A stretch of DNA of 64,000 nt from an uncultured Opitutaceae bacterium. GTDB lineage: Bacteria; Verrucomicrobiota; Verrucomicrobiia; Opitutales; Opitutaceae. The stretch lies in the NCBI GenBank assembly GCA_967755175.1, contig CBRAFO010000007.1, forward strand, positions 5,633-69,632, given 5' to 3'. Shown piece by piece: positions 1 to 10,500 of this stretch. Made by a program: the position numbers and the translations under genes. How positions within the stretch are numbered: the first letter of the stretch is position 1; the number at the start of each line of letters is the position of its first letter. Under the pieces are notes generated by a model that saw nothing but the letters and a program-made list of their open reading frames with translations, was not told the origin of the DNA and did not search any database.

Positions 1-354
1 TTTAACGCGCTGCGCGCCGGTGCCGGCGGCTATCTGCTCAAGCGTTCTCGGCCGGAGGAATTGCTGAAAGCCATCGAGGAGGTGCAGGCCGGTGGAGCGC
101 CCATGTCCTCGAACATCGCACGGTTGGTCGTTTCTCATTTTCATCGAATCCGCCAGCCTGCGAGTGAGGTGGAAAAGCTCACGCCGCGCGAGCGCGAGGT
201 GCTCGACGAGCTGGCCAAAGGGCTCCTTTACAAGGAAGTCGCCGAGCGCTTGGGGATCAGTCGCAGCACGATGAACAGTCACATCGAGGCGATCTATCGG
301 AAGCTGCACGTGCAGACTCGCGCCGAAGCGGTGCTCAAGCTGCACCCTCGGTAG
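1..354 (+). CDS. NarL/FixJ-family response regulator, 5' end outside window
   Basis: Frame open from base 1 (ALRAGAGGYLLK, receiver end); LuxR HTH LTPREREVLDELAKGLLYKEVAERLGIS..TMNSHIEAIYRKL. Confidence 0.92.
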   Translation, partial: FNALRAGAGGYLLKRSRPEELLKAIEEVQAGGAPMSSNIARLVVSHFHRIRQPASEVEKLTPREREVLDELAKGLLYKEVAERLGISRSTMNSHIEAIYRKLHVQTRAEAVLKLHPR

Positions 355-602
355 GCGAAGGGCGAAACGTGGTGCGGGAGCGGATACTCCGCGATTCGAT
401 TACCCGCTGGAAATTGATCCTCGATGCAGGGGGATGTGGAGGCCGTGCCGGATAAACATCCGATAGGCGATCCGTCCATCGATATGGTTTAATGGCACCG
501 TTCAGGTTCACCCCTGAACAACGGCTTTCGTGCTCATTGTGCCCGGAGCCGGATCTCGCCCCTGACGCACCTCTGCTCCCCCCACGTTTATCTTATTTCT
601 CC

Positions 603-2363
603 ATGAATCGCGCTACACCCGCTCGTCTTGTTTCTCGCCGCCTTTTGTCGGCTACGCTCTTGGCCGCTATGCTGGCGGCTTCCACCGCTCATGCCGCGAC
701 TGATACTTGGACGGGCTCCGCAGGTAGCACGGACTGGGCTACGACCAGCAACTGGGATACCGCAGCCATCGCCAGCGGTGATTCCTTGGTGTTTACCAGC
801 GCGAATGCCAGCGCCTCGACCACGCTGACGGACACGCTGGCGACATCGACCAACATCGCGGGGATCACCTTCAACTCCGGCGCGCTCGGCTACACGATGA
901 CGGGCAATGCGTTCAACCTCACCGGCGTCATCACCAATAATGCCAGCGGGGTCGAAGAGACGTTCAATAACAACATCGTTCTTGCTTCTGCCGGCACTTG
1001 GGGGGTGGCGTCGGGCACCACGACAACGTTCAATGGCAATCTGAGCCTGAGTGGTATCGGCACAATCCTCTTGGGTGGCACTACTACTGCGACGAGCGGC
1101 GGCACGATCAACTTGAATGGCACGAACACCCTGAGCTTCAGCGGTGGAACTTTCCGAGCTTTGATTTTACAGGGAACGGGCACGACCTTGAATGTCGGTA
1201 ACGGCAGTAATAGCGCCTCGCTCACCATCAGTGCGTCAACCGCCAATTCGGGGTATTTCAACGTCTTAGGCACAAGCACATTGAATGTTAAGAGTGGTGC
1301 TTCCGTGACCGTAAACGGCACTTCGAACGCGACCACCCCAACCTCGGGCATCGGAAATGCCACCGGCTTGGGCGCCACGGTTAATGTGGACGGAACTCTT
1401 ACTTACGGCACGGGCACCGGTCTGGCGATTGGTGCCACGGGCGGCAGCAACGCGCTGAATGTCAATAGCGGCGGTATTCTTAACCTGAACGGCACGGCCA
1501 GAACCATCACGATTGCGGCGGACGGTGCGTTAAACGTCGCCGGAACTGTCAATAGCAGCCAAGGCACTTGGGCCGGCACGGGTAAGCTGGTATTCCAAGG
1601 CGGAACGTTCAAAGCGACGGCAGCGCAAACCCTCGGGTCCACGCTGGCCATCAGCACGACCTCCGCTAGTTCAACCGTCAATACGAACGGCTTCGCCGTT
1701 TCTATCGGCAGCGGGATCACTGGTTCGGGTGGTCTCATTAAGGCTGGCTCGGGCACGCTCACGCTCTCCGGATCCAACGGCTACACCGGTGCCACCGCGA
1801 TTAACGCCGGCACCCTTTTGGTCACTGGCAGTCTCGCTTCAGGCAGCGCAGTCAGCGTCGCCTCGGGTGCTACCTTGCAAGGCACGGGCACGATCAACGG
1901 TGCCACCACGATCGCCAGCGGCGGCATCCTGGCGGCAGGCACGAGCTCAAGTTCCATTGGCACGCTTACCTTCGGCAGCACGCTCGACACCACGGGCGCC
2001 ACCGTCTCGCTCAAGCTCAACAGCACTGGGGGGACGTTTGATCTGCTCACGTCGTCGGGCGCGGTCACCTTGGGCTCGGCCACCTTGTCGTTGAGCGACA
2101 TCGGCAGCGGCTCTTGGTCTGGAACCTCCAGTGCTTTTAGCATCCTGCACGGCGCTTCCATTGCCGGAACCTTCTCAGGGCTTTCGGATGGTTCGTCGAT
2201 CACGGTCGGCTCCAACAGCTACACGATCAACTACACGAGCACCGACGTCACCCTTACGGCCTCCGCCATCCCCGAGCCCGCCACCTACGCGGCGATCTTG
2301 GGTGGCCTCGCCTGGGTCGGCGCGGTTGTCCATCGCCGCCGTCGCACGCAGATCTGTTCATAA
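603..2363 (+). CDS. PEP-CTERM surface protein with autotransporter-associated beta-strand repeat
   Basis: Signal peptide from ATG 603; G/S/T/N-rich passenger; GLIKAGSGTLTLSGSNGYTGATAINAGTL repeat; IPEPATYAAILGGLAWVGAVVHRRRR C-terminus (PEP at 2271-2279). Confidence 0.92.
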   Translation: MNRATPARLVSRRLLSATLLAAMLAASTAHAATDTWTGSAGSTDWATTSNWDTAAIASGDSLVFTSANASASTTLTDTLATSTNIAGITFNSGALGYTMTGNAFNLTGVITNNASGVEETFNNNIVLASAGTWGVASGTTTTFNGNLSLSGIGTILLGGTTTATSGGTINLNGTNTLSFSGGTFRALILQGTGTTLNVGNGSNSASLTISASTANSGYFNVLGTSTLNVKSGASVTVNGTSNATTPTSGIGNATGLGATVNVDGTLTYGTGTGLAIGATGGSNALNVNSGGILNLNGTARTITIAADGALNVAGTVNSSQGTWAGTGKLVFQGGTFKATAAQTLGSTLAISTTSASSTVNTNGFAVSIGSGITGSGGLIKAGSGTLTLSGSNGYTGATAINAGTLLVTGSLASGSAVSVASGATLQGTGTINGATTIASGGILAAGTSSSSIGTLTFGSTLDTTGATVSLKLNSTGGTFDLLTSSGAVTLGSATLSLSDIGSGSWSGTSSAFSILHGASIAGTFSGLSDGSSITVGSNSYTINYTSTDVTLTASAIPEPATYAAILGGLAWVGAVVHRRRRTQICS

Positions 2364-2401
2364 TCCTAATCGCTGGAGCAGCTAAACCATCCTCCATCCT
2401 C

Positions 2402-2429
2402 AGGCAGCGCGAATCATCCCGCGCTGCCT
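2402..2429 (+). terminator. 10-bp stem hairpin, possible terminator
   Basis: aggcagcgcg-aatcatcc-cgcgctgcct after the PEP-CTERM gene; U-tract weak. Confidence 0.35.
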
Positions 2430-2436
2430 TGTGCGT

Positions 2437-2922
2437 ATGAGCGATAAGTTCACCAACGGAGCCGAGTGGCAGCGGATGCTGGAGCGGCTGCTTGGCCTGT
2501 GCGATTCGCTCGGCGAAGCGGCGGAGACGATCTCCTTTGTCTGGCAGCCGAGGTCGCTGGTGACTTGGTCGCAGGAGCAATCGTGGCAGGCATGGCGCCA
2601 GGAGGAGGTTCAGTATATCGAGGATATTCATGCGGCCGCACGGGAGCTGGTGCAGACCGACAAGCTGGTCGATCCCACCCCGGAAGTTCTGTATTTCTTG
2701 GGTGTGCGATTCCTGGCGGCCATTCGGCACCTAGAGTCGGTTTATGCACTGTCGATAGATAGGCCGGTGAGCCTGTTGCCTTTTCCTCCGGTCTCGGCGG
2801 ACGCCTACGCCGAATGGCTGTTGACTGAGTGGGGCGACGATCATGCCGGCACGATCGCTTTTCCTGAGGGAGTTTGCGTGAGCAGGACTCCCGACCCCGA
2901 AGCATTAGCTTCCCGCCGCTAA
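2437..2922 (+). CDS. hypothetical protein
   Basis: ~160-aa ORF filling the gap on the operon strand; no recognisable motif; start GTG 2431 or ATG 2437. Confidence 0.55.
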   Translation: MSDKFTNGAEWQRMLERLLGLCDSLGEAAETISFVWQPRSLVTWSQEQSWQAWRQEEVQYIEDIHAAARELVQTDKLVDPTPEVLYFLGVRFLAAIRHLESVYALSIDRPVSLLPFPPVSADAYAEWLLTEWGDDHAGTIAFPEGVCVSRTPDPEALASRR

Positions 2923-2979
2923 CCCCTCCGTCGGTCCCCCGCCGCAGCCTCTTTTGCGCGGCCAAAAAATCCCCAAACC

Positions 2980-5900
2980 ATGTTTGTTGGCTTAAAAAAA
3001 CGCCTCTCCGTTGGTCGTTATCGGGCGCGTTCCGATCGAAGTGGCTTCGCTTTGTTGATCACGATCACGCTGCTGGCGTTTCTCGTGCTGCTGCTCGTAG
3101 GCCTCGCCAGCTTGACCCGGGTGGAAACCCAAGTGGCGGGTAACAGCCAGCAACTCTCCCAAGCCCGCCAAAACGCGCTGATGGCGCTGAACATCGCCCT
3201 TGGTCAGTTGCAGAAATACGCCGGCCCGGATCAACGCGTGACGGCCACCGCGGATCTGGCGACCGGCACCGCTAACGATGGCAGCCCTATTGCCAATGGT
3301 GCCAGCCTCAGCACTACGGTCGGATCGACGAAATACTGGGACACTGGAACCACAAAAACCAGTAACGGCCTAAGCGTAGTCCAAGCCGGCACCCGTTATT
3401 GGACCGGCGTCTGGGGCAACGCGGATTGCTCCACCCCCGTCAAAAATAGTGGCAATATCTACGAAAAAACGCCCCGACCGGTGCTGCTCAGCTGGTTGGT
3501 GAGCGGCAACGAAAGCGCCACCTTTGCCGCCTATACGAGCACGAGTAATACGGCGCCCTACTATTCGTTCGGGCAGATCAAGACGGTAGGGGCTTTGATC
3601 GGCACCATGCCGTCGGGGACCGATTCTGTTTCGAGCAGTGCGGCGGTTTCACCGGTTCTGTCGTCCACCGGCACCAACGCCACCACCGCAACCACGGCAC
3701 TTAAGCTTAATAATCAGGATGCCATCCTTCTCGTCGGCCCCGGCACTGCCGGAACGGCGGCCCATCCGACCACGGGTGAAGCCGCCATTGATCGCTATGT
3801 CGTGGCTCCCCTTGTCCCCTTAAACTCTTTGGTGCCTGGCCTGACTGGGTCCCAGCCCATCGGCCGCTATGCCTTTTGGGTCGGCGACGAAGGCGTGAAA
3901 GCCCGCATCAACCTCACCGATCGGTATTCAGACAAGGGCAACGCAACCACCCTGGACGAGGCCCGCTATCGCCTCATGACCCCGCCGCGCAGTGGTATGG
4001 AGGTCGTAGGCGATTTCTCCAACTCGACCTATGCCGCGCAAACGCAGGCGACCACCCTGAGCAAGAACACGGCCGATCGGATACTGGCGGTCCCGCAGGC
4101 TGCTCTTCTCGATAGCAACCACATCACCAGCGACACGCTGACACCGCGTTTTCATGACTTCACCACTGCGTCGGTCGGGATCGCGACCGACACCTACAGC
4201 GGCGGCCTGCGCCACGACCTGACCTACGAACTGGAAAAGTCCACCCTCGGCACTTGGACTGGCACCAACGGCCAAGCCGCGGGAGCAGGCCTGGGGATAC
4301 TGCCTGATGTGGATAATTATAGTCCGCTTATGCAGACCCTCAGCACCGCAAATAAGCGCGTGCCACGCTGGGATATCCTACACTCCTTCTATAATCTACC
4401 TACCGCCGCCAACAATAGCCTCACTGGGGCGTCCGGTGATTATCTGGAGATCCGCCCCTCGACGGCCACCGACATGGGCATCCTGCCCGTGGTGGTAAAA
4501 ATGCGCCTGGTGTTCGGTGCCGTCGCCAATGCCACGGCGACCGCGTCCACCGCAGTCACGCCGAGTCTGCCCGCCACTACCTACCGCATGCTGATCAGCC
4601 CGCTGGTTGTATTGGCCAATCCTTACACCGTGGCGCTGAAAGCATCCTCGGGCATTAATCTGAAGATCTATAACGACACCCGATTAACGGACGCCAACCA
4701 GTTCAGGTTCGGAAGTTCCAACGCCAAAAACAAGGTGTTCAGTGGTGGCGGCCCGCTGGATGGCACCATTCTCAAAATCCCCGCGTTCAACTTGGCCGCA
4801 GGTAAATCGGCTGTGTTTTATGTGAGCGGTGCGAAGGCCGTGCCGAGCGTAGGCACGAATATCAACATGACCCAGATGACGGGATCTCCGCCCAACGGGA
4901 CCGGCTTCACCGATTACCTTTACCACGATTACGGCAGTTACTCCCAGTCCGGCGGCAGCGTTCAATTCCGTGCATGGGAAACGTATAATAACTCGAATGT
5001 CATCGTGGAATTCAACCTGGGCACTCCGGGCGCCAATCAGATCCTCCAAATGGTGGGCGGGGTGAACCCCAATCGAGCTTCCGGCTCATATCCCAGCCTT
5101 GGTCTTCCAACCAACGACGTCACCAAATGTAGCAACGAGGCTGTCTGCATGTATGAGTGGCGATACACCACGCCGGGCGACATCCAGCCCTATGCATCCA
5201 CAGCGGTTGCTGGTGTGGTGCATACGACCGCTCGCGGCTTGGCCGATTTTAATCCCCGGGCGGGCTACTATCGCGTCAATAACAAGAACATCGGGGCTCC
5301 TCCGTATGTTCAGTTTTACGGGGCGGGCGGAAGCACCACTGCGGTCCTCACGGCATTTAAAACGAATCTGGTGACTCCTTATTGGGGACGCGCCACCACG
5401 ACTGACAACAACAACACCGTCTCCTCAGCGCTCCTGTTCGACGTTCCGCGGAAAACATCCGCCTCGGCCATTCGCCTTGGTTCTTTGGGTGCCCTGCAAC
5501 ATGCCAATCTGGCGGCCGAGGACGTTCCCACTGCGGCCAACTTCCCGGGAGAATTTGGCGTGGCCGCCGCCTCCGTTTCCTACCTGCCGCCCAACCCGGG
5601 ACACCAGCCCGCCTATATTTTGGGCAACTCGTATGCCAGCGTCTTGGTCGCTCGCGATAAAGTCAGAGAGAGCCGGGACGATCTGAGGGCCGGTGGCGGC
5701 CCCAGCCTCCCCGATGTTACCACATCCACCGCTTACTACGACATGAGCTACCTGCTCAATGCGACGGTCTGGGATGGTTACTTCTTTTCGTCCGTCATCC
5801 AGTCCACCTCCCCTTATACCACCGCAAACCCTCGCTACAGCCTCATCGATTCAGCCAGCCTCACGACTACGGATGTGAATGGCTCAAAAGTGGCCGGGCA

Positions 5901-6786
5901 TCTCAACATCAACGGTGCTTTTAATATCAACTCTACGTCGGTGGACGCCTGGACGGCGTTCCTCGGCGGGATGAAGAACCTGCCGTCGATCCCTGGACTG
6001 GGCCCCTCCGCTTCCTCCAATTCTGCCACAGTCTATCCGCGCAGCCTTTGGCAAAACACCGCCGCGCAAACCACGCCGACCGGCACCGGCGACGATTCCT
6101 TCAGCGGTTATCATCAGCTCAGCGACGCCGATGTCAGCGCCCTCGCGAAAAAGATCGTCCAACAGGTGCGACTCCGCGGCCCGTTCGTCTCCTTGGGGCA
6201 ATTCGTAAACCGTATTCTGGTCACGGCCAGTGCTGACGCCTCGGGCGGTCTGGGTCAGGCCGGAGCCTTGCAGAAGGCCATTGATAACGCCGAATTGAAT
6301 GTGACCGACACCCCGTCGAAAGGATTTTCGGCTCTGAAGGCCACTGCGGACAAATCCAACATCCCCTCAGTGGACGACTCGTCCGCAGTGACCGACATGG
6401 ACGGGCGCGGGGCCTTCTCCACGTTTAGTGATGGCGCAAAGGCCGGCGTTCCCACCCAGCTGCAGCGTTCGACGGGTATACCAGGGTGGCTCATGCAGGC
6501 CGATGTGTTGCAGGCCATCGGGCCGGTGATCTCAGCTCGGTCGGATACCTTCGTCATTCGCACCTACGGTGACGTCATGAATCCCGTCGTGGACACCACT
6601 ACGCCGGTCGCCCGCGCTTGGTGCGAGGCGGTGGTGCAGCGCGTTCCCGACTATATGGACAGCTCGCAATCCGCGGACACCAACTTGTCCACGGCCGCAG
6701 CATCGGCGGCTACAACCACCAACCAGACATTTGGACGCCGATTCAAGGTCGTTTCCTTCCGCTGGCTGAGTGCAAACGACATCTGA
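2980..6786 (+). CDS. Giant PilX/GspK-like pseudopilin (Verru_Chthon cassette protein A-like)
   Basis: Prepilin site SG|FALLITITLLAFLVLLL (no Glu5); ARQNALMALNIALGQLQKYAGPDQRVTA; C-terminal RSDTFVIRTYGD..ARAWCEAVVQR..FGRRFKVVSFRWL. Confidence 0.8.
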   Translation: MFVGLKKRLSVGRYRARSDRSGFALLITITLLAFLVLLLVGLASLTRVETQVAGNSQQLSQARQNALMALNIALGQLQKYAGPDQRVTATADLATGTANDGSPIANGASLSTTVGSTKYWDTGTTKTSNGLSVVQAGTRYWTGVWGNADCSTPVKNSGNIYEKTPRPVLLSWLVSGNESATFAAYTSTSNTAPYYSFGQIKTVGALIGTMPSGTDSVSSSAAVSPVLSSTGTNATTATTALKLNNQDAILLVGPGTAGTAAHPTTGEAAIDRYVVAPLVPLNSLVPGLTGSQPIGRYAFWVGDEGVKARINLTDRYSDKGNATTLDEARYRLMTPPRSGMEVVGDFSNSTYAAQTQATTLSKNTADRILAVPQAALLDSNHITSDTLTPRFHDFTTASVGIATDTYSGGLRHDLTYELEKSTLGTWTGTNGQAAGAGLGILPDVDNYSPLMQTLSTANKRVPRWDILHSFYNLPTAANNSLTGASGDYLEIRPSTATDMGILPVVVKMRLVFGAVANATATASTAVTPSLPATTYRMLISPLVVLANPYTVALKASSGINLKIYNDTRLTDANQFRFGSSNAKNKVFSGGGPLDGTILKIPAFNLAAGKSAVFYVSGAKAVPSVGTNINMTQMTGSPPNGTGFTDYLYHDYGSYSQSGGSVQFRAWETYNNSNVIVEFNLGTPGANQILQMVGGVNPNRASGSYPSLGLPTNDVTKCSNEAVCMYEWRYTTPGDIQPYASTAVAGVVHTTARGLADFNPRAGYYRVNNKNIGAPPYVQFYGAGGSTTAVLTAFKTNLVTPYWGRATTTDNNNTVSSALLFDVPRKTSASAIRLGSLGALQHANLAAEDVPTAANFPGEFGVAAASVSYLPPNPGHQPAYILGNSYASVLVARDKVRESRDDLRAGGGPSLPDVTTSTAYYDMSYLLNATVWDGYFFSSVIQSTSPYTTANPRYSLIDSASLTTTDVNGSKVAGHLNINGAFNINSTSVDAWTAFLGGMKNLPSIPGLGPSASSNSATVYPRSLWQNTAAQTTPTGTGDDSFSGYHQLSDADVSALAKKIVQQVRLRGPFVSLGQFVNRILVTASADASGGLGQAGALQKAIDNAELNVTDTPSKGFSALKATADKSNIPSVDDSSAVTDMDGRGAFSTFSDGAKAGVPTQLQRSTGIPGWLMQADVLQAIGPVISARSDTFVIRTYGDVMNPVVDTTTPVARAWCEAVVQRVPDYMDSSQSADTNLSTAAASAATTTNQTFGRRFKVVSFRWLSANDI

Positions 6787-6790
6787 TCCC

Positions 6791-7486
6791 ATGAAACTGC
6801 TTTTGCGCCTTTTCTTCACCCTGTTGGCCCTTGTCTTTTGGCTATCGGCTCCGGCGGCCAACGCTGAAGGCGCCCCCCAGCCGATGGTCTCCGTGAAGTT
6901 CACCGTGATCGGATGGAGCGGAGAGCCCTCCACTCCCGCCTATAAACAGGAGGGCAAGCTTCGGAGTCTCGAGATGCTTCCGTTCGTGCGTTCCAAGCCT
7001 TATGACTATAACGGCCCGGCGGAAATGGAGCTCTATTCCCCGGATGCCAAGGACGAGAAGGTGGGCACGGTGGTTTTCCCGGTCGGACCGAAGCGCTTCA
7101 CCGTGCTAATCGGCGGTCAACCCGGCCACTACCAAACGCGTGTCATCGCGGACGATGAGACGACCTTTCCGATAGGGAGCGCGCGGGTTTTAAATCTCAC
7201 GTCTACTCGCATGCTATTCCGTTACAATCAGGCCCATGCGATCACGATTGATGCTGGGAAGCACGCGATCCTGCGCCCTCGGGAGGATTTGCAGCTCGTC
7301 GCCGAAACGGCGTTTGAGCGGAACGGGAAATGGCGCCGCAGCAATGACGACTTCATCTACGTGCCGTCCGACGGGCAGACCTCGGTCTTCTACTTTGAAA
7401 ACGACTCCAGCTATTTTAAGTCGATCGATGGAGGTTCCCGCGAGGTCCAGATGCTGATCCTCCTCGAAAAGCCGGCCCCCATGTAG
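6791..7486 (+). CDS. Secreted hypothetical protein, partner of the pseudopilin-like gene
   Basis: Signal peptide MKLLLRLFFTLLALVFWLSAPAANA; starts 4 bp after upstream stop. Confidence 0.75.
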   Translation: MKLLLRLFFTLLALVFWLSAPAANAEGAPQPMVSVKFTVIGWSGEPSTPAYKQEGKLRSLEMLPFVRSKPYDYNGPAEMELYSPDAKDEKVGTVVFPVGPKRFTVLIGGQPGHYQTRVIADDETTFPIGSARVLNLTSTRMLFRYNQAHAITIDAGKHAILRPREDLQLVAETAFERNGKWRRSNDDFIYVPSDGQTSVFYFENDSSYFKSIDGGSREVQMLILLEKPAPM

Positions 7487-7542
7487 CCGGGCGAGCGGAC
7501 GCAAACAGCCTCCGACGTAACGCCCCAATCCCCACCCCCGTC

Positions 7543-10500
7543 ATGATTGCCCGCCCCATGCATCGTCCGCGTCCCGGAGCGCTTTTTCTCCTCGGCTCCC
7601 TGCTCCTTGCCGCTGCGTCGATGCAGGCGCATCCGCTCACCTCGAACGCGACGATGTCGTATTCGTCGAGCCTGCCATCGGGCGGGGCTACGAGCATTTC
7701 CAACTGGAGCGGAGCGGCCTTTGACGCGGCGAACATCGGCGGCTCCGGAACCAACGCCGATGGCAGCCCCAACAATGGCACGGCCAACGACGCCTCGACT
7801 TACGTGGCCAACGGCCTGCCCGCCCAAGGCCAGGTGTTTACGACCGGCAGTAATGCCAACGGCTACGATGTGACCGGTTTCACGGTGCGGATGACCGGCT
7901 ACACCAGCAACACGGCCACGAGTGCAAACTACACCTCGTGGGATCTCAACGCCTACAACGGTCCGATCATCGCGGAGATTGGGAAAGTGAGCGGGACGAC
8001 GACGTATGCCACGATTTTTAAGGAGTATTATATCGCCGGTGGCGTCGGGAGTCCGGGAGCGGGAAGCAGCGCGAACGGGCCGGGAACCTACATCACGTTC
8101 AACCTGCCATCGCCCGTGCATCTGGAGCCGAACACGACCTACGGGTTCGACTTGGTAATTGGCGATGGCAGCAACTCCTTCGAGTGGCTGGGGACGAGCA
8201 CGGATCCATATTCCGGAGGGACCGCCTACACGCGTAGTGGAGCTACGATTACGCCGCTCAGTGGAGACCGCGTGTTCATGGTGAATATGACGGCGTCGGC
8301 CGCAGCCTATACGCCGTTTGTGCATCCGGGCGCATTGCACACTCAGGCGGACTTCGACCGCATGACGACCAAGGTCGGCACGAGCACGGAGCCGTGGATT
8401 TCGGACTACACCACCTTGACCAACAGCCCGTATGCGCAGACCTCGTGGTCGCCCTACGACACGGACTACATCAACCGCGGTGGTTCGGCGGCGAATAACT
8501 ACACGCGTTCGCAGCAGGACGCTCAGGCCATCTACGAGTTGGCGCTGCGCTGGAAGCTCACGGGCAACACCGCCTATGCCGATCGTGCGGTGGTGATCGC
8601 GAACGTCTGGTCCGGCCTGCTGGGCGTGACGGGCGATACCAATCAAGCGCTCGCGGGAGGCATCTGCGGTTACCTGTTCGGAACCGGCGGGGAACTGTTG
8701 AGCACCTACTCGGGTTGGGCGGCGGCGGACAAGCAGGCTTACAAGGACATGATGATGCGGGTGTTTTATCCCGCGAATTTCGGTTTTCTTTGGCTGCACT
8801 TCGGCACGCCGACGAGCAAAGGCGGCAACACGCATTACCGGTTGAACTGGGACGCGGCCAACATCGCATCGATGGCGGCGATCGGCATCCTGTGCGACAA
8901 CAAGGCGGTCTATCAGCAGGCGTTGAACTTCTTCAAATACGGTCCGAGCAACGGGCGGGTGGAGCGCGCCGTCTGGTATATCCACCCCGACGGGATGGGC
9001 CAGACCGAGGAAATCGGACGCGACCAGCCGCACAACATGGACGGGTGGTATTCCTTTTCGCTGCTCTGCCAGATGGCGTGGAATCAGGGCGACGACCTTT
9101 TCGGCTACGACAACAATCGCGTGCTGCGGGCGTTCGAGATGAACGCGAAATACAACCTCGGATACGGCGTGTCCTGGGTTTACCACCGGAACACGGATTT
9201 GAGCTACACGGAGACCGTGGCCGACGGGAGCGCGTTTCTCCCGCTGTATGAGCTGGTTTACAACCACTACGCGAACGTGAAGGGCATCGATGCGCCTTAC
9301 AGCAAACTGGCGATGGCCGCGCTGCGACCGGAGCCGCGACCGGACACGAGCATTCACCCTTCTCAAGTGGACTGGCTCGGGCTGGGCAGCCTGACGTTTG
9401 CGCGGGATGCCATCGCGACCGGGACGGCTCCGAGCGGGCTGGCGGCAAATTGGAGCAAGAACCAAGTCGGGCTCTATTGGTGGGGAACGGCCACAGCGAC
9501 CGGCTACAACATCAAGCGCAGCACCACCAGCGGCGGTCCTTATACGACCCTGGCCACGACGGGGACGTTGAATCTCAACTACAGCGACACGAGCGTGGCC
9601 AATAGCGGCACCTACTACTATGTCGTTTCCGCCAACACGCCGTCGGGAGAAACGGCCAATAGCGCCGAGGTGATGGTGACGCATGCCCTGGTCTCACAAT
9701 ACACCTTCGAAAATACGTTCAATGACGTGATCGGAACGCGGCATGCCACCGCGATCGGCGGATCGACCGGGGCGACCGGTTTTGCGACGGGCAAGAGTGG
9801 GCAGGCAGCGAGTTTCGATGGAGTGGACGACTATGTGCAGCTCCCGGTTGGCAGCGGAAACTATCAGGACATCACGATCGCGGCGTGGGTGTATTGGAAT
9901 GGCGGCAATGCCTGGCAGCGCGTCTTCGATTTCGGGAGCGAGATCGAGAAATACATGATGCTCACCGTGAAAGACGGCTCGGGCAAACTGGACTTTCAGA
10001 TGACGACTTCGCGCGGCACCGATGGCACGCTGACGCTCGTCGGCCCGACGATGCCGACCGCCACCTGGACGCACGTCGCGATCACGCTCAATGGAGACAC
10101 GGCGACGATGTATGTGAACGGACTCCCTGTCGCCTCCGCCACGGCGGACAAGGTGGACCCGCTCTTCGGCCAGCCCTTCTGCTATCTGGGAAAGAGCATG
10201 TGGAACGGCGATCCGCTCTTCAGCGGGCGGATCGACGATTTTCGCATCTATAACTATGCCCTTACCGGTTCCTCGGTTTATACGTTGTGGGGTGGGGGAG
10301 GGACGAACAGCGCGCCTGCGTTTACCAGCAATCCCATCACGAAACCCGGCGCCACCGAGGACACCGCCTACACCGGCTCGACTCTCGCCGGCGATGCCAC
10401 GGATGCGAACGGCGGCACGCTCACCTTCGCAAAAGTCACCGGTCCCTCGTGGCTCACCATTGCGAGCACCGGTGCGCTCAGCGGCACGCCCACCAACAGC

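Noticed and set aside
493-508. TGGCAC upstream of the PEP-CTERM gene as a sigma54 promoter
   Set aside because: No TTGC at the -12 spacing
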